A DNA stretch of 62,724 bases, filler included, from Sphacelaria rigidula (Eukaryota), in assembly GCA_964200075.2 (NCBI GenBank). It is 10 parts of 10 records of this genome, joined end to end, with 100 filler letters (N's around TTAATTAATTAA, not from the genome) between each part and the next. Parts side by side here need not be neighbours in the genome. Positions count along the whole stretch, not along the records: positions 31,416 to 37,597 come from CAXNAA020021683.1; positions 37,698 to 43,879 come from CAXNAA020021684.1; positions 43,980 to 50,161 come from CAXNAA020021685.1; 7 more parts are not named here. The stretch is one strand, 5' to 3'. The translations under genes were made by a program, and so were the position numbers. Positions 36,420 through 47,480 of this stretch are shown here, one piece after another (the first letter of the stretch is position 1; every line of letters starts with the position of its first letter). Under the pieces are notes generated by a model. That model was not told where the DNA came from. It saw only the letters and a list, made by a program, of their open reading frames with translations, and did not search any database.

Positions 36420-36850
36420 ATGCCTAAAACAAACATGGCGTGAAGGAATGGTGGAACATGATGTCAAGGCGTGTAGAATACTTGTAGTTTTGATTTTATT
36501 CCTTCACGTCGAGTTTAAGCTATTATTCCGGTCTGAAATATGTTTCCAGGCATCTTTGGAGCTACTTCTTACAAGTCTAGCGCTGTTGTGGTGGGAAAAT
36601 AGCTGTAGCTATGTATTGACTTTGCCAGTTTCAACCGAGCGATATCGCACATGAATCGCATGAATACCAGTCAAACGTCATTATCTCTGAGGTAAGACGT
36701 ACGTGCAGGCAGTCTGTTGCAGCAGCATCTAAGATCCTGCATCGTTCACACTCATGAAAAAGAGGTTCGAGCATCCTTGTTGGGAGGCTCTGATGGCTGG
36801 CGACAGTTATTTGCTGCCCCACTTCCTACGATGTCTGCATGATTAGCAAT

Positions 36851-37160
36851 GTGTGTGTGTTGTCGTCCCATCTATTCTGGACGCCGGTATACACCTTTCG
36901 GTATATGTGGGCGCATGAGCCGGGGTCACACTGGAGGAAGGTCAACACAGGAGTTTTTATTTTTTGTTTGTTTTTAGTTACCCACATTGCATCTGCGGTA
37001 CTTGGCTTTGTTGTTTATCGCGAGAGGGGTTCAAGACTCCATTTCCCTCGCCGACCGTCACGTCGAAGTTTGTGTACCCACTCTCCATTGCCGGGCATGG
37101 TATGAGAAAAAATCCCAGATCGCTCCGAGGTTAACCAACTGAGCCACCGGGGCGACCGGT
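36851..37160 (-). mobile_element. tRNA-derived SINE with (CA)n tail
   Basis: Minus strand begins ACCGGTCGCCCCGG-TGGCTCAGTTGG (Pol III A box). B box apparently deleted. Ends in ACACACAC. Confidence 0.65.
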
Positions 37161-37597
37161 ATGCGAACGAAATCTGGGTTGAAGATATCGAGATCGCCTG
37201 ATATCCGTTTGTGTGTGGCGTTGTGTGATGACACAACCCCACTGCAAGCACGTTTTACATACCTCGACAAACATTCCATTTGAGACAAACTCAGGTCAAA
37301 TATTTGGGACGCATGGTGTCGTTGTTGACCCGCGCCACTCTCCTTACACGGAGGTGCAGCCTATGAAACCAAAACCTACAAAAAGTGCAACCAGATGTAC
37401 ACAGGTGATCGTCAATGCAGGTCTGTGTTCTAGATTTTCAAATTGTTCACGAAATGAGTTCACGGCTGTCAATTCACACAAATACGCCCATGTTTGTTTC
37501 CTCGCGTACATTTGTGACCATAAAATTAGGGGGTGGTGTCCTCATGACCACGCACACCATAGACCATTGACCAATTGACCATTGAGGGGGGGGGGGG

Positions 37598-37697
37598 NNN
37601 NNNNNNNNNNNNNNNNNNNNNNNNNNNNNNNNNNNNNNNNNTTAATTAATTAANNNNNNNNNNNNNNNNNNNNNNNNNNNNNNNNNNNNNNNNNNNN
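37598..37697. other. Artificial contig linker
   Basis: N44-TTAATTAATTAA-N44. Confidence 0.99.
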
Positions 37698-38000
37698 GGG
37701 TGATTGAGCACCTTCGGTGTCGAGCATTTTTGTATATTGGTTTTCTGGTGTTGAGCCTTCAGCGCTGAGATAATATATAATTAAAACAATTGTGTGTATC
37801 TTTTAACCAGTTTGTTTGTGTATATGAACCTGTTCTGCTGGCCGTGACCAGCTGCACAGCAGAGTTTGTATCGTGGCACCCCAGCCACGAGGCACGAAAG
37901 TGCCCCTCTTCGACTTATGCTGGCGAAAAGTCTTTCGGAGGGCTAGGTAGCCTAGGGGTGCGTTTGGTATTTTGATTCCCTTCAGAGATTGGAGTTTGGG

Positions 38001-39896
38001 ATGGATAACCCGAGATTCGAGGCCCTGCCTCAAGAGCAGAAATCGATAGTCCTCGAACTATTGGAGCAAGAAAGACGTAAAAATGAACAAAACATGACTG
38101 AGGCGTTGAATAGGCAGAAAGAAGCTGTGCTTACAGAGGTAGCTAGTGAGAGAAACCGTAGCCTGGAAGAGGCAATTCAAGCCGATAGAGCTAAAACCCT
38201 TCGGCAGGGACCCCCAGCACCCCCCCAACAGCAAGTACCTTTCAACACTATTTCCGCTCAGATTGGACATGCCAATATGTTCAGGTTACGCACAGGAAGC
38301 TCGATCTCCCCTTGGGACGGTTCCACAAGAAGCGGAGAAATTCTAAGTGAAAATTCAATGTATTCAAAGTACAGATAGATAATCTGTTCAGACAGGAAAA
38401 CTGTATATCTGCATTATCGACTACCCTCCCCATCAAGGTACATTTAAAGAGTGAGGAATCACTAAAAATGAAGTTCAATGCAGGAGATGTGGACCGGGCA
38501 ATGAGGGCCTGGAACATCCTGTTGGAAAAGCTAGCATACCTTACCTTAGTAGAGCAGGTCACGATGCTCGGTTCGCCAGGTGAAGCTTGGGACCACATCG
38601 TGAGATACTACAAAACCCATGCTAGCACTGAAACGACGAGGCTTGAGATGGAGTGGACAAGTCTACAGATGAGTGTTAGAGAACTACCCATCATGTACTT
38701 CAGTAGAGCAAAACGCATCAGGCACAAGAGAGCGGAACATGGGACAATTGTGACTGATTCTGTTTCATGCAGGCATTTTGTGCGTCGTTTATCCTCGGAA
38801 TACGATGTGCAGAAGAATGTACTTCTAGGAATGGAGGACCTTGATATTGATGTTGTAGAGCGTGTTGTGTCAATTGCTCATGGAGAGAATGAACTGGCGC
38901 GGGCAAGGTCAGCAGATGCGCAGCAGGGCAGCGCCCTTGTCGCGGCAACCAGTGGTGGTCGTGGTGGAGGAGCGCAGAGTTCACAGAACTCGCGATCTAC
39001 GGGAGGAACAAGACGTCGTCAACCACGACCGCAATAGAATGAGGTATACTGCAACTACCATAACACGCACCAACACGATAATTCAAACTGCCCCGCTCAC
39101 CGCGGATTGCATGCTTATGGAAACCGTGGCGGAAAAGGGGGTGGTATACTCCGCCATACCCCGAGGCCTTCGTGGAGCGGGGCATGCAGGGACAAGGACA
39201 ACAACAGCAGCAGCCTCACGGACAGTAGCAGCAAATCAGGGACTGCAGCAGCAAGGACGGCAAGGAAGGAGAGGACCAGGACGTGGTTTCAACCCCAGGT
39301 ATGGTGATGATGTGCGAGGTGGTAGATATGCTGAGCCGTCAGCGCACCCTGGTAGTCACCTGCCATACTACGAGCCGCTTGCCGAGGGGTACGACTATTT
39401 TAGTTACCCTGATGGGCTGTATCGATCATTTGGGAATGAGCCCCCCATACACCCCGCAGACCCTCGGAAGCGTTGCACTGCCTGTGGGGATCTTGGCCAC
39501 ATGCATACATACTGTTCCTGGCCCAAGGGAGGTCGTCACATCAACCACCATGTCCAACGTGCTGCACTGTCTCATCACGGGGGACAGCACCCCCGTTCCA
39601 ATCGTTCATCCATGTCACACTCGTACGGCGTGGTCAACGCCGTGCAACTTCACCATGACAATGCGTACTGTGACGATTATGAGTGGTACGGGCCGGAGGA
39701 GGACGAGTGCAGGAGGGAGGAAAGCCAGAACTATTTCAACGGTTCAGGTTTTGCTCACTGTGTGCAATCGCCCAACCCGGGACACTACAGTCACGGGCAG
39801 CAACTTCATTTTCCTCTCAAACATCAACATCAACAGCAACAGCAACAGCAGCAGCAGCAGCAGCAGCGACAGCAGCAGCAGCAGCACCAACAGCAA

Positions 39897-39934
<38 letters not shown>

Positions 39935-41282
39935 GCAAAAACTGCTCTCTGCTTCGCGCGCTGCCGACACGTCTGCTGCCAGTTCAGTATCTTCGACGCC
40001 TTCGCATTTGTGTGTGGCAAAATCTGTGTGTGTTCCCATGTTTCACACCGACAATGCACTCTCGGAGAATCTTGCGTTACTTTACCAGGGTGGCAGGCTA
40101 GACATGGTAGGGGACGGATCGGAAGAGTGGCTGGCTGACACCGGAGCCAGTCATCACACAACTGGATCCATGGATGGTATGTTTGATCTTCGCCTCCCCC
40201 CTCAGCACGTGATTGTAGGCAATGGCACTGTACTTCCCGTGATTGCTGTTGGAAGCTTGAAGCTCAAGTTCCACATGCCTGGTCCCTTTGACGGCCCCCC
40301 TTCCGACTTCTGTGTTCAACTGACGGACGTGTACGTACTCGAGGGTATCCCCTTCAACTTGTTTTCTTTGCATCAGGTTAAAAAGAGACAGGATGTACTG
40401 CTTAGTGAGTCAGGCGTGCATTTGTTCAACGGTAGACTGCGGCATGATCGCAATGAACGTTCCTCCTCGCAGCGAGCGACTAGGCTTTCACCAGAGTATG
40501 TTCACTGCCCCCTTGTTGCGCTCGCTGTCGCGGTCACTTCCAACCCCGCCTCTCGTTTGCCCCTGCAGTCGCCCAGTACTGTAGGTGTTCCCCCACGTGT
40601 CGGTGTGTCGCCTGCCCCTCGCAACAGTACTGTAGATGCTTCTCCTGGTCTTGACGTGCCGTCTGCTACGCCCAACAGCACTGTAACTATCCCCCAAGGT
40701 GTCGGTGTCCAACTTGCTTCGCGTAACAGTACTGTGGACGTTTCCCCTGCTCAAGATGGCCCTTCTCATTCAAAATACAGTACAGTAGTGATGTTATCCC
40801 CCAGTGCGAGCTTCCCGCCTACTCCTACAAGGAATATAGTACCTTCGTCCCCCGGAGTACGCTTTGTGCCTACCTCCTCTGCTTCTCCAGTAACCGCCAG
40901 GATTCCCTCAGGTCTTGTAGGGGTAGAAGGACTTCTTTTGCCGGACCTTAGTGTCTTTGAAGACGAACAGTTGATGACAGTATATGATGAGACACCGTAT
41001 CAACTTTTTTTTCCGCGTTCTTTTAAAAGGGATGATTTTCATAGCACAGGAGACGATAGCATGGCCCTTGCCGTACTTGCCTATAATGCACGCCCCCTTA
41101 CAGTCGGGAAGCCCATCCGCGAAGTGGATACTATTTTTTTCCATGTCTCCCTCGCCCACGCACATGAACCCTATTGCGAGACACTGCAAAACAACAGGGT
41201 ATCACCCTCACCGGGATACTGCAGCCTTGTTCAGGATGTTTGGAGGCTAAGGGTCGAAGGGCTGGCATCCCACGGTGGTTGA
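38001..41282 (+). pseudogene. Copia gag and protease region with polyQ tract and 17-aa repeats
   Basis: ORFs 37989-38378, 38468-39037 and 38862-41282. Confidence 0.85.
39822..39938 (+). repeat. (CAG/CAA)n trinucleotide tract encoding polyglutamine
   Basis: About 35 Gln codons in the gag-pol frame. Confidence 0.95.
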
Positions 41283-43879
41283 GTCTGCGTGCGACGACTA
41301 TCCTCGGCGGGGTGCATCTGGACCTCACCGGCCCTCATCCCCGCACTTTTGGTGGCTCCACGTACATACTGGCATGCGTGGACAGTAAGTCCCGTTTCAA
41401 TATAGTGTACGGGCTATCCAGCAAGGCCGACACGCTCGCGAAGGTAAAGCGTTACATCGCAGACGTGCGCGTGATCGGTGTCCGCAGTGCTTCCGAATGG
41501 ACAACGGCGGTGAGTTCACTTCTGGATCCTTCATTGCTTTCTGTGATGAATCTCGGATTCGCCGGGAGTACACCGCTCCCGACACCCCGAAGCAGAACGC
41601 AATTGCCGAGAACGCGATTTGGCGCGTGCTGAAGGCGGGGCATGCCGCGCGACTGGGGGCCCCTCGCCTTTTTCCGGGCGCCAGGATCGGTGACATACCT
41701 CATCTCGGGGAGGATCTGGAGCGACTAGGGTTGGAGGCTGCGGTCTGGGCGGCGGACGGCTTCAACAGATCCGCCACCACTGCTAACCCGGGCCGGACTT
41801 CGCCGTATCAAGTCTTCACCGGGAAAGCTCCGCCCATGCAAATTTTGCCTTTCCTCCAACCGGGCATGATGCGGGTGAACAGCCGACGCAAGTCGGAGGT
41901 GCAGTCTGTTGCTTGTCACTTTCTCAACAATGGCAGCAACCACTCTTCCACGACCGTCAAGGTTATCAAGGCTGCAATCGGTGCTGTGTATTACACGAAC
42001 GACGTCGTGTGGACTGTCCTGCGTGCAACTCTGCAATCGGCCGCGACGCTACTCGCCGGAAGGGGGGGGGGGAAGGTGCAATTGCCGTTGACGCACCGCC
42101 TCAGCCGCCGGCGCTCCCTTCCTCAATCGTAGTGGAGCTTCAGCAACTGCCACCGCCGTCGCAACCGGGTAGCCAGCAGCTCCCGACGACAACGCCTTCG
42201 AGCCATCAGCAGTCGTCGCCGCAGCAGCCGTCGTCATCGACACCTTCGACTCCTCAGCAACCACCGCCGCCACCGCCGCCGCCGTCGACACCGACTTCGC
42301 CCCCAATTTTCACCGACACTCCGGGGCCCTCGCCGATCTCCTCGGCACCATCGCCTGTGCCTTTGAGGGTTATGAAGAAATTGGTCCTGGAGGACGATCC
42401 CCGGCAGCCTGGACGCACGCGTTCGAGGACCGCGCAGTACAACGCGGGAAACCCCAACAAGACAGCTCTCATGCACCACAACATGGGACTGATGACGCAG
42501 ATGGACAAGCAGTCTCTGCTGTCTCTTCTTCTCACGCGTGGCGTTGTGGATGCAGGGAGGCAACACAAGGGTGTCGGATCGGGGAGGCGAGAAAGCATAT
42601 TAATGCGCGATGCTGGGAGGCTGGCCACGAGGGAAGACATCGAGATCGCTATGCGTGAGAAACGCCCGCCGTACAACCCGCCTGAGCTCCCGCAGTGCCC
42701 GGCGAAGGAGTTGCAGGTCCCCAAGAGTTACCAGGAAGCGGTGAACTCCAAGTATGGCGATCTTTGGGAGGGTTCAATGGACCGTGAATTTGCAGGCTTG
42801 AAGGATGCGGGGACTATAGATGCAGCCGAGTAGCAGTCCGTTGAAAACTATATTCACGCGAAGTGGGTATATAATTGGAAGGCAGATGAGTTTGGCTGGC
42901 CCACGAAGATGAAGTCTAGATTGGTAGCAAGAGGCGATATGCAGAGAGCAGAGATAGATTTTTGAGAACTGTATTCTCTCACCGTAGCTGTTTCGAGTGT
43001 GCGTTTGTTGGCAGCTATGGCTTGTGAGCAAAATCTTGCATTGCGTCACTTTGATATTGAACAGGCTTTTGTACAGCCCGAGTTGGAAGAAAACATGTAC
43101 TATCTTGCCGCCTGGTTATAGTTTGTCCGACAAGATAGTACGAATCAATCGTTCATTGTACGGGTTGAAACAAGCAAGTAGGCAATGGCACAACGACTTG
43201 TCAAAGTGTTTGAGAGCTCTGGGATTTGATCAATGCTTAGCGGACTCATGTGTGTTTCGACTGATGGAGGATAGTGAGGTGACAATCACCATCGTGGTAT
43301 ACGTAGACGATATCTTTGCGGTGGGAGATAATAATAGGTGTGACAGATTTGGGATAGAGCTTAACAGGATGGTTCCGGTGAAGAATCTTGGAGACTTGCG
43401 TTGGTAGTCTGGATTGCACTGTGAGAGGGACATCGAAAGAGGGACTATCAAGATATCACAACAGACGTATGCGGAAGAGTTGGCGAAGGAGTACGGAGTA
43501 GAGTGGGGAAGGAGTATTCCAATGAGTGCGAGTGTGAAACTTGACGATTTCAATGTACAAGAAGAGACGACGAGGTTTCCATTCCGGGAGTTGGTAGGAT
43601 CACTGATGTGGTTGGCAACTCAAACAAGGCCAGACATATCTAATGTAGGACGTGCAGTAGCGAGGTATTGTGCGTCCCCAAAACTCATTCATTGGCGCAC
43701 TGCCCTTGGTATTCTGGGATATGTGAAGCGTACAAGTTCACTAGGTATTACGTTCTACAGAGATAGCGTACCTGGATTGAGCTTTCAAGTGTTCGCGGAC
43801 GCCGACTACGCAAGCAAAGCAGCTGATAGGCGGTCGGTGTCCGGGGGATTGGTGATGTGTGGGGGTGGATGTGTGTCAT
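41174..43879 (+). pseudogene. Copia integrase, RT and RNase H
   Basis: ORFs 41174-41632, 41497-42132, 41913-42833, 42997-43407 and 43414-43879. Confidence 0.9.
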
Positions 43880-43979
43880 NNNNNNNNNNNNNNNNNNNNN
43901 NNNNNNNNNNNNNNNNNNNNNNNTTAATTAATTAANNNNNNNNNNNNNNNNNNNNNNNNNNNNNNNNNNNNNNNNNNNN
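43880..43979. other. Artificial contig linker
   Basis: N44-TTAATTAATTAA-N44. Confidence 0.99.
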
Positions 43980-44011
43980 TGTTCCGAATTTCTACCGATC
44001 CGATTCTTAAA

Positions 44012-44287
44012 AGGCGAATGCGCCGGGCAATATTTAAAGTTGGACCCTGAAATTTGATATGGACAATGCATGGGGCATAATAAAATATCGGGAAGAAGCA
44101 CATGAAGGTTTCTTCTTTTTTTCGTGAGTTAGGGGCAATAATCAGTTTTCAGGTTTCAGCAAAACGCCCTTGACTGACAAAAAAAAAAAAACTTCATGTG
44201 CTTCTTCCCGATTTTTTATTATGCCCTGTGCATTATCCATACCGAATTTTAGGGTCTAACTCCAAATATTGCCCGGCGCATCCGCCT
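44012..44287. mobile_element. Foldback MITE, about 276 bp
   Basis: Inverted arms of about 100 bp starting AGGCG(A/G)ATGCGCCGGGCAATATTT. No clear TSD. Confidence 0.8.
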
Positions 44288-44294
44288 GCAAACT

Positions 44295-45100
44295 TCCATG
44301 CAGCCTCTAGGCTGGCCCAGCTCGTACCGGATTTTTCCATCTTCGTTACAGACGAGTACGGCGCATTTGTTTACGTTCCACGGGTCAGACGAATTAATCG
44401 TTCGTGTGGAAATTACTTGATTTAAGTGTGATTGATTCGTACCGTACGAATCAATCCTAGGGCTTTGTTTTCAGCGTTGCGATCCAGGGACGCGCAGCCC
44501 AGGCACGCGGAATGGCGCAAAAGTTGCGTGGGAACCTTTTTGATCATATATCGACTTTTTCCTCTCTTTCGAGCAATCAGGCTTGAAAAATCGTGGATTT
44601 GGTGATGCGGACCGGCGATGATTCGTCCGAACTGTGTGAGGTTCGCTGTCACTCTCCAGTTCCTAATGTATTCTAGAGACTTTTCTATTTGTTTTTGCAA
44701 ACTCCCTGCGTTCCTAAAATCCCCACAAAATCATCAGCGAACATCAAACCTGGTATCACATCTTCACCCACCTTGACTCCTTCCTTTGTTGCTTTTATCA
44801 CTAATATCAGGCCATTAATAAATATCTTGAACAAAGTGGGTGATAACGTACATCTTTGTGCAACTCCTTGTTGTAGGATATCAAAATATTTCGATATTCC
44901 TTCATCTAGCATCATGGCACTTTTGGCGCATTCTGTCATCTTCTTCACAACCCTCCACATCTTTCCCCTGATCTCGATCATTCAGAATCTTACAGAATGT
45001 TTTCTCTACCGTACTCAGTAGCGTTGTCCCTGTATAGTTCCCTGGGTCCGCCTTGTCTCATTTTTTGAAAGATTGACTACTATTCCTTCTCTTCACCTCT
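44295..45100 (-). pseudogene. LINE RT fragment, same family as 7454-11900
   Basis: QGVAQRCTLSPTLF...GLMFADDFVG. Homologous to about 8640-9350. Interrupted by the MITE at 44379-44636. Confidence 0.85.
44379..44636. mobile_element. MITE with CAC...GTG termini and 8-bp TSD
   Basis: TIR CACGGGTCAGACGAAT / ATTCGTCCGAACTGTG. TSD TTACGTTC vs TGAGGTTC; the empty site in the other LINE reads TGATGTTC near 8695. Internal hairpin GATTCGTAC-C-GTACGAATC. Confidence 0.8.
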
Positions 45101-45335
45101 TGGGGGAGGGGGGGGGGGGGGGTACTCATTTTTTTCTTGCCTCAGTAGTTTGACCATTGACCACGTATTCCTTTCGAGACGGAGCACCGTTCCTACTCCT
45201 AATAGAGACACCAACATTTAGATGATCACGATGTTTCTTCTATACACTATACAGAAACATTTTACATGTATTACCCCGTCCTGCGTCGCCGTCAGTAGCC
45301 ACCATCTGTCTCCTAGTATAACCACCGTTTTCTAC

Positions 45336-46514
45336 CACACGTCGAACGGATCAGCTCGTGACAGATCCGGATCAGCTCGTTTGGGGTATAGATCATGATA
45401 CGTCCGAGGTGAGCTGTCACCCGTACACGTTTGTCCAATGCTGATCCATAGGACCCGCTTGACCCGTACATGTTTGCCGAGCGACGAGCTGAACGATCCC
45501 CTTCATACACACACTTTCTTGTACAACTGATCCGTAGACCCGTGTCATCTGTACAACATCACATAGTTGTCATTTTTATCACTCGGGTCAGGCAAGCGCA
45601 GTAGCTTGCCGTCGACCCGTGCGATTTGCATCTCATGTACACCAAAAGCTACCTCTCACCTGTGGAATCCGAATCTAGTACAGTATACAAGAAACCCTTT
45701 CCCGCACCCGTAAAATCCGGATCAAGTATGCAAGAAAACAGTATTCAGCTCCCTCACCTGTTAACCTGTATGGTCCGGGTACGATGCATGTTCACAAGTC
45801 CGGACGTTGGCTGTGGTAACCCGGGCATATGGAACATGAAGTACGTATATTTTATTCCGAGTGGTTTCAGGGTAGGGCTGCAATTTTTTTCCGAAGATGT
45901 GCATTGTCGGTGCATCCAAATGAAGTATACAATCAACAGTATTCAGTCATCCTCACCGCTCATCCGTATGGCCCTGGTACAATGCGCATGTTCACAAGTC
46001 CGTATGTTGGCTGTCGCAACCCGGGCATATGGAACATAAAGTACGTACATGTTATTCCGAGTGGTTCCACGGTAGGGCTACATATTTTTTCTGAAGATAT
46101 GTAATGTCGGCGCATCAGAATGAAGTATACAATACACAACAGTATCCAGTATTCCTCACCTGATCTGTACTATACCCTTGCGATTCGTACATATCCGTCT
46201 GACCATGATCTGGGTGACCCGTGTGATTCGTACACTATATATATGTCTGATGATGATCTGTATGACCCGGGTATCCATACATGATCTCCTTGGGCACACC
46301 TATGTAATCCGAATCAGGTGTACACGAAACGTCAAGAAGAACCTGTGGATCCTTAAAGCCCGTACAAAATACGTCCCTCTTGATCGATGATATCCGGATC
46401 ACGAGGACCGTTCCCTAACTAGTTGCACTGTATCACCCGAATCGGGTACACAGGTGTGTTCACACTTGAGCTGTATGACCCAAGTCCTATCGAAAGTAAT
46501 CCATTCGTCGTGTG
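45336..46514. mobile_element. 1.18-kb non-autonomous element, CACACG TIR, 8-bp TSD
   Basis: TIR CACACGTCGAACGGAT / ATCCATTCGTCGTGTG (14/16). TSD TTTTCTAC vs TTTTGTAC. GATCC/GACCC-rich subterminal motifs. Internal tandem duplication of about 200 bp (45738-46160). Confidence 0.85.
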
Positions 46515-46578
46515 TTTTGTACCTACTGTCTAATGCATTAAACAATCCCATGCCTCCTTCGCTCACTTCCCAAATTTC

Positions 46579-46956
46579 CAGTAGACTTTACCACTCGGTA
46601 GTTGACGGATAGTTCTCGGAAATTTCTGGTTTGTGGACAGGTGCAGTATTGGATTTTAGTGTGGACACCGAAATCCGGATCTTTGGAGGGCGCTATGCTC
46701 CTGGCGTACTCCTAGCGTGCGCAGAACGCGTTTTTGTCTAATTCGGCGCCTGGGGCACCGATTTCAGGTCTGGCAACGCACACTTTGCCTATGGCACACA
46801 TTGCACCTCCCTTGCCCGAGAGTTTTCGGTATGTCTTCGTTGGGGTTGGGGTTGGGGTTAGGGTTAGGGTTAGGGTTATTCGAAATGCATCAGCACCTGC
46901 ACAAACCATAAATTTTCGAGAAATATCTGTCAACTACCGAGTGGTAAAGTGACCTC
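46579..46956. mobile_element. TTAGGG-containing non-autonomous element, Zisupton-like (378 bp)
   Basis: Perfect TSD CAAATTTC (46571-46578, 46957-46964). Ends CAGTAG...GACCTC. Subterminal inverted repeats of about 58 bp. (TTGGGG)3(TTAGGG)3 inside. Confidence 0.8.
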
Positions 46957-47290
46957 CAAATTTCCTCCTCCAACACGTCCCGTTCCTCCTTGTATAGTTC
47001 ACATTCTGCCACGATATGAGTTCTGCTCTCTATTGCGTTGCCACAGGGGCAGTTCTGTGCATCTACTCCCTCCTCACGACTACTGGACTATCTCCTTCTT
47101 CTTTCTGGCAGGTCCAGGTCCCCTACCCGAAATCTCAGTTTCATTTTTTTCGCGGAGTCCATTGGGCCATACAGATATGATTTCATCCCTATCCCCTCTC
47201 TCAACCCCCCCCCCCCGTATATCTTCAGATGTTCTTCCTCATCTACTTTCCGTTCTCGCGCTTCTTCTCCTATTTCTACCATGTCTCTTA

Positions 47291-47480
47291 GGCCGTGTCT
47301 TATCAAATTATTTTCGTGTCGAAAACGTGCGGTCGAATCGAATTCGCTCGTTTCTGATTCGTCCACGCTGCTTATTTTCTCACATGGTTGAGAACATGAA
47401 TGCCGTGGACGTGTCAGGCATGAGCAAATTCGATTCCACCGTACGTTTTCGAGTCGAAAACAAATTAATAAAACACGGCC
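47291..47480. mobile_element. PIF/Harbinger (Tourist-like) MITE, 190 bp
   Basis: GGCCGTGT...ACACGGCC TIRs, perfect TTA TSD. Inverted homolog at 61053-61251. Confidence 0.9.

Larger units (their letters stand above)
37698..43879 (+). mobile_element. Degenerate Ty1/Copia retrotransposon (gag-PR-IN-RT-RH)
   Basis: Gag EAWDHIVRYY... (38468-39037), CCHC CTACGDLGHMHTYC, protease WLADTGASHH. Pre-integrase H..H...CSGC and integrase HLDLTGP/MDNGGEF/PKQNAIAE. RT KSRLVARG, SLYGLKQASRQW, YVDDI. RNase H FADADYA...RRSVSG. Copia domain order with several frameshifts. Confidence 0.95.

Noticed and set aside
37105..37160. tRNA gene (also 56600-56681)
   Set aside because: Only an A box or B box is recognisable, with no full cloverleaf. 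Better explained as SINE heads.
39283..40161. Poly-Ser, poly-Ala, poly-Leu and poly-Cys ORFs
   Set aside because: These are alternative frames and strands of the CAG/CAA tract in the Copia polyprotein.
45738..46160. Tandem duplication of about 200 bp as a repeated coding exon
   Set aside because: It lies inside a non-autonomous transposon, and frames are not preserved between the units.
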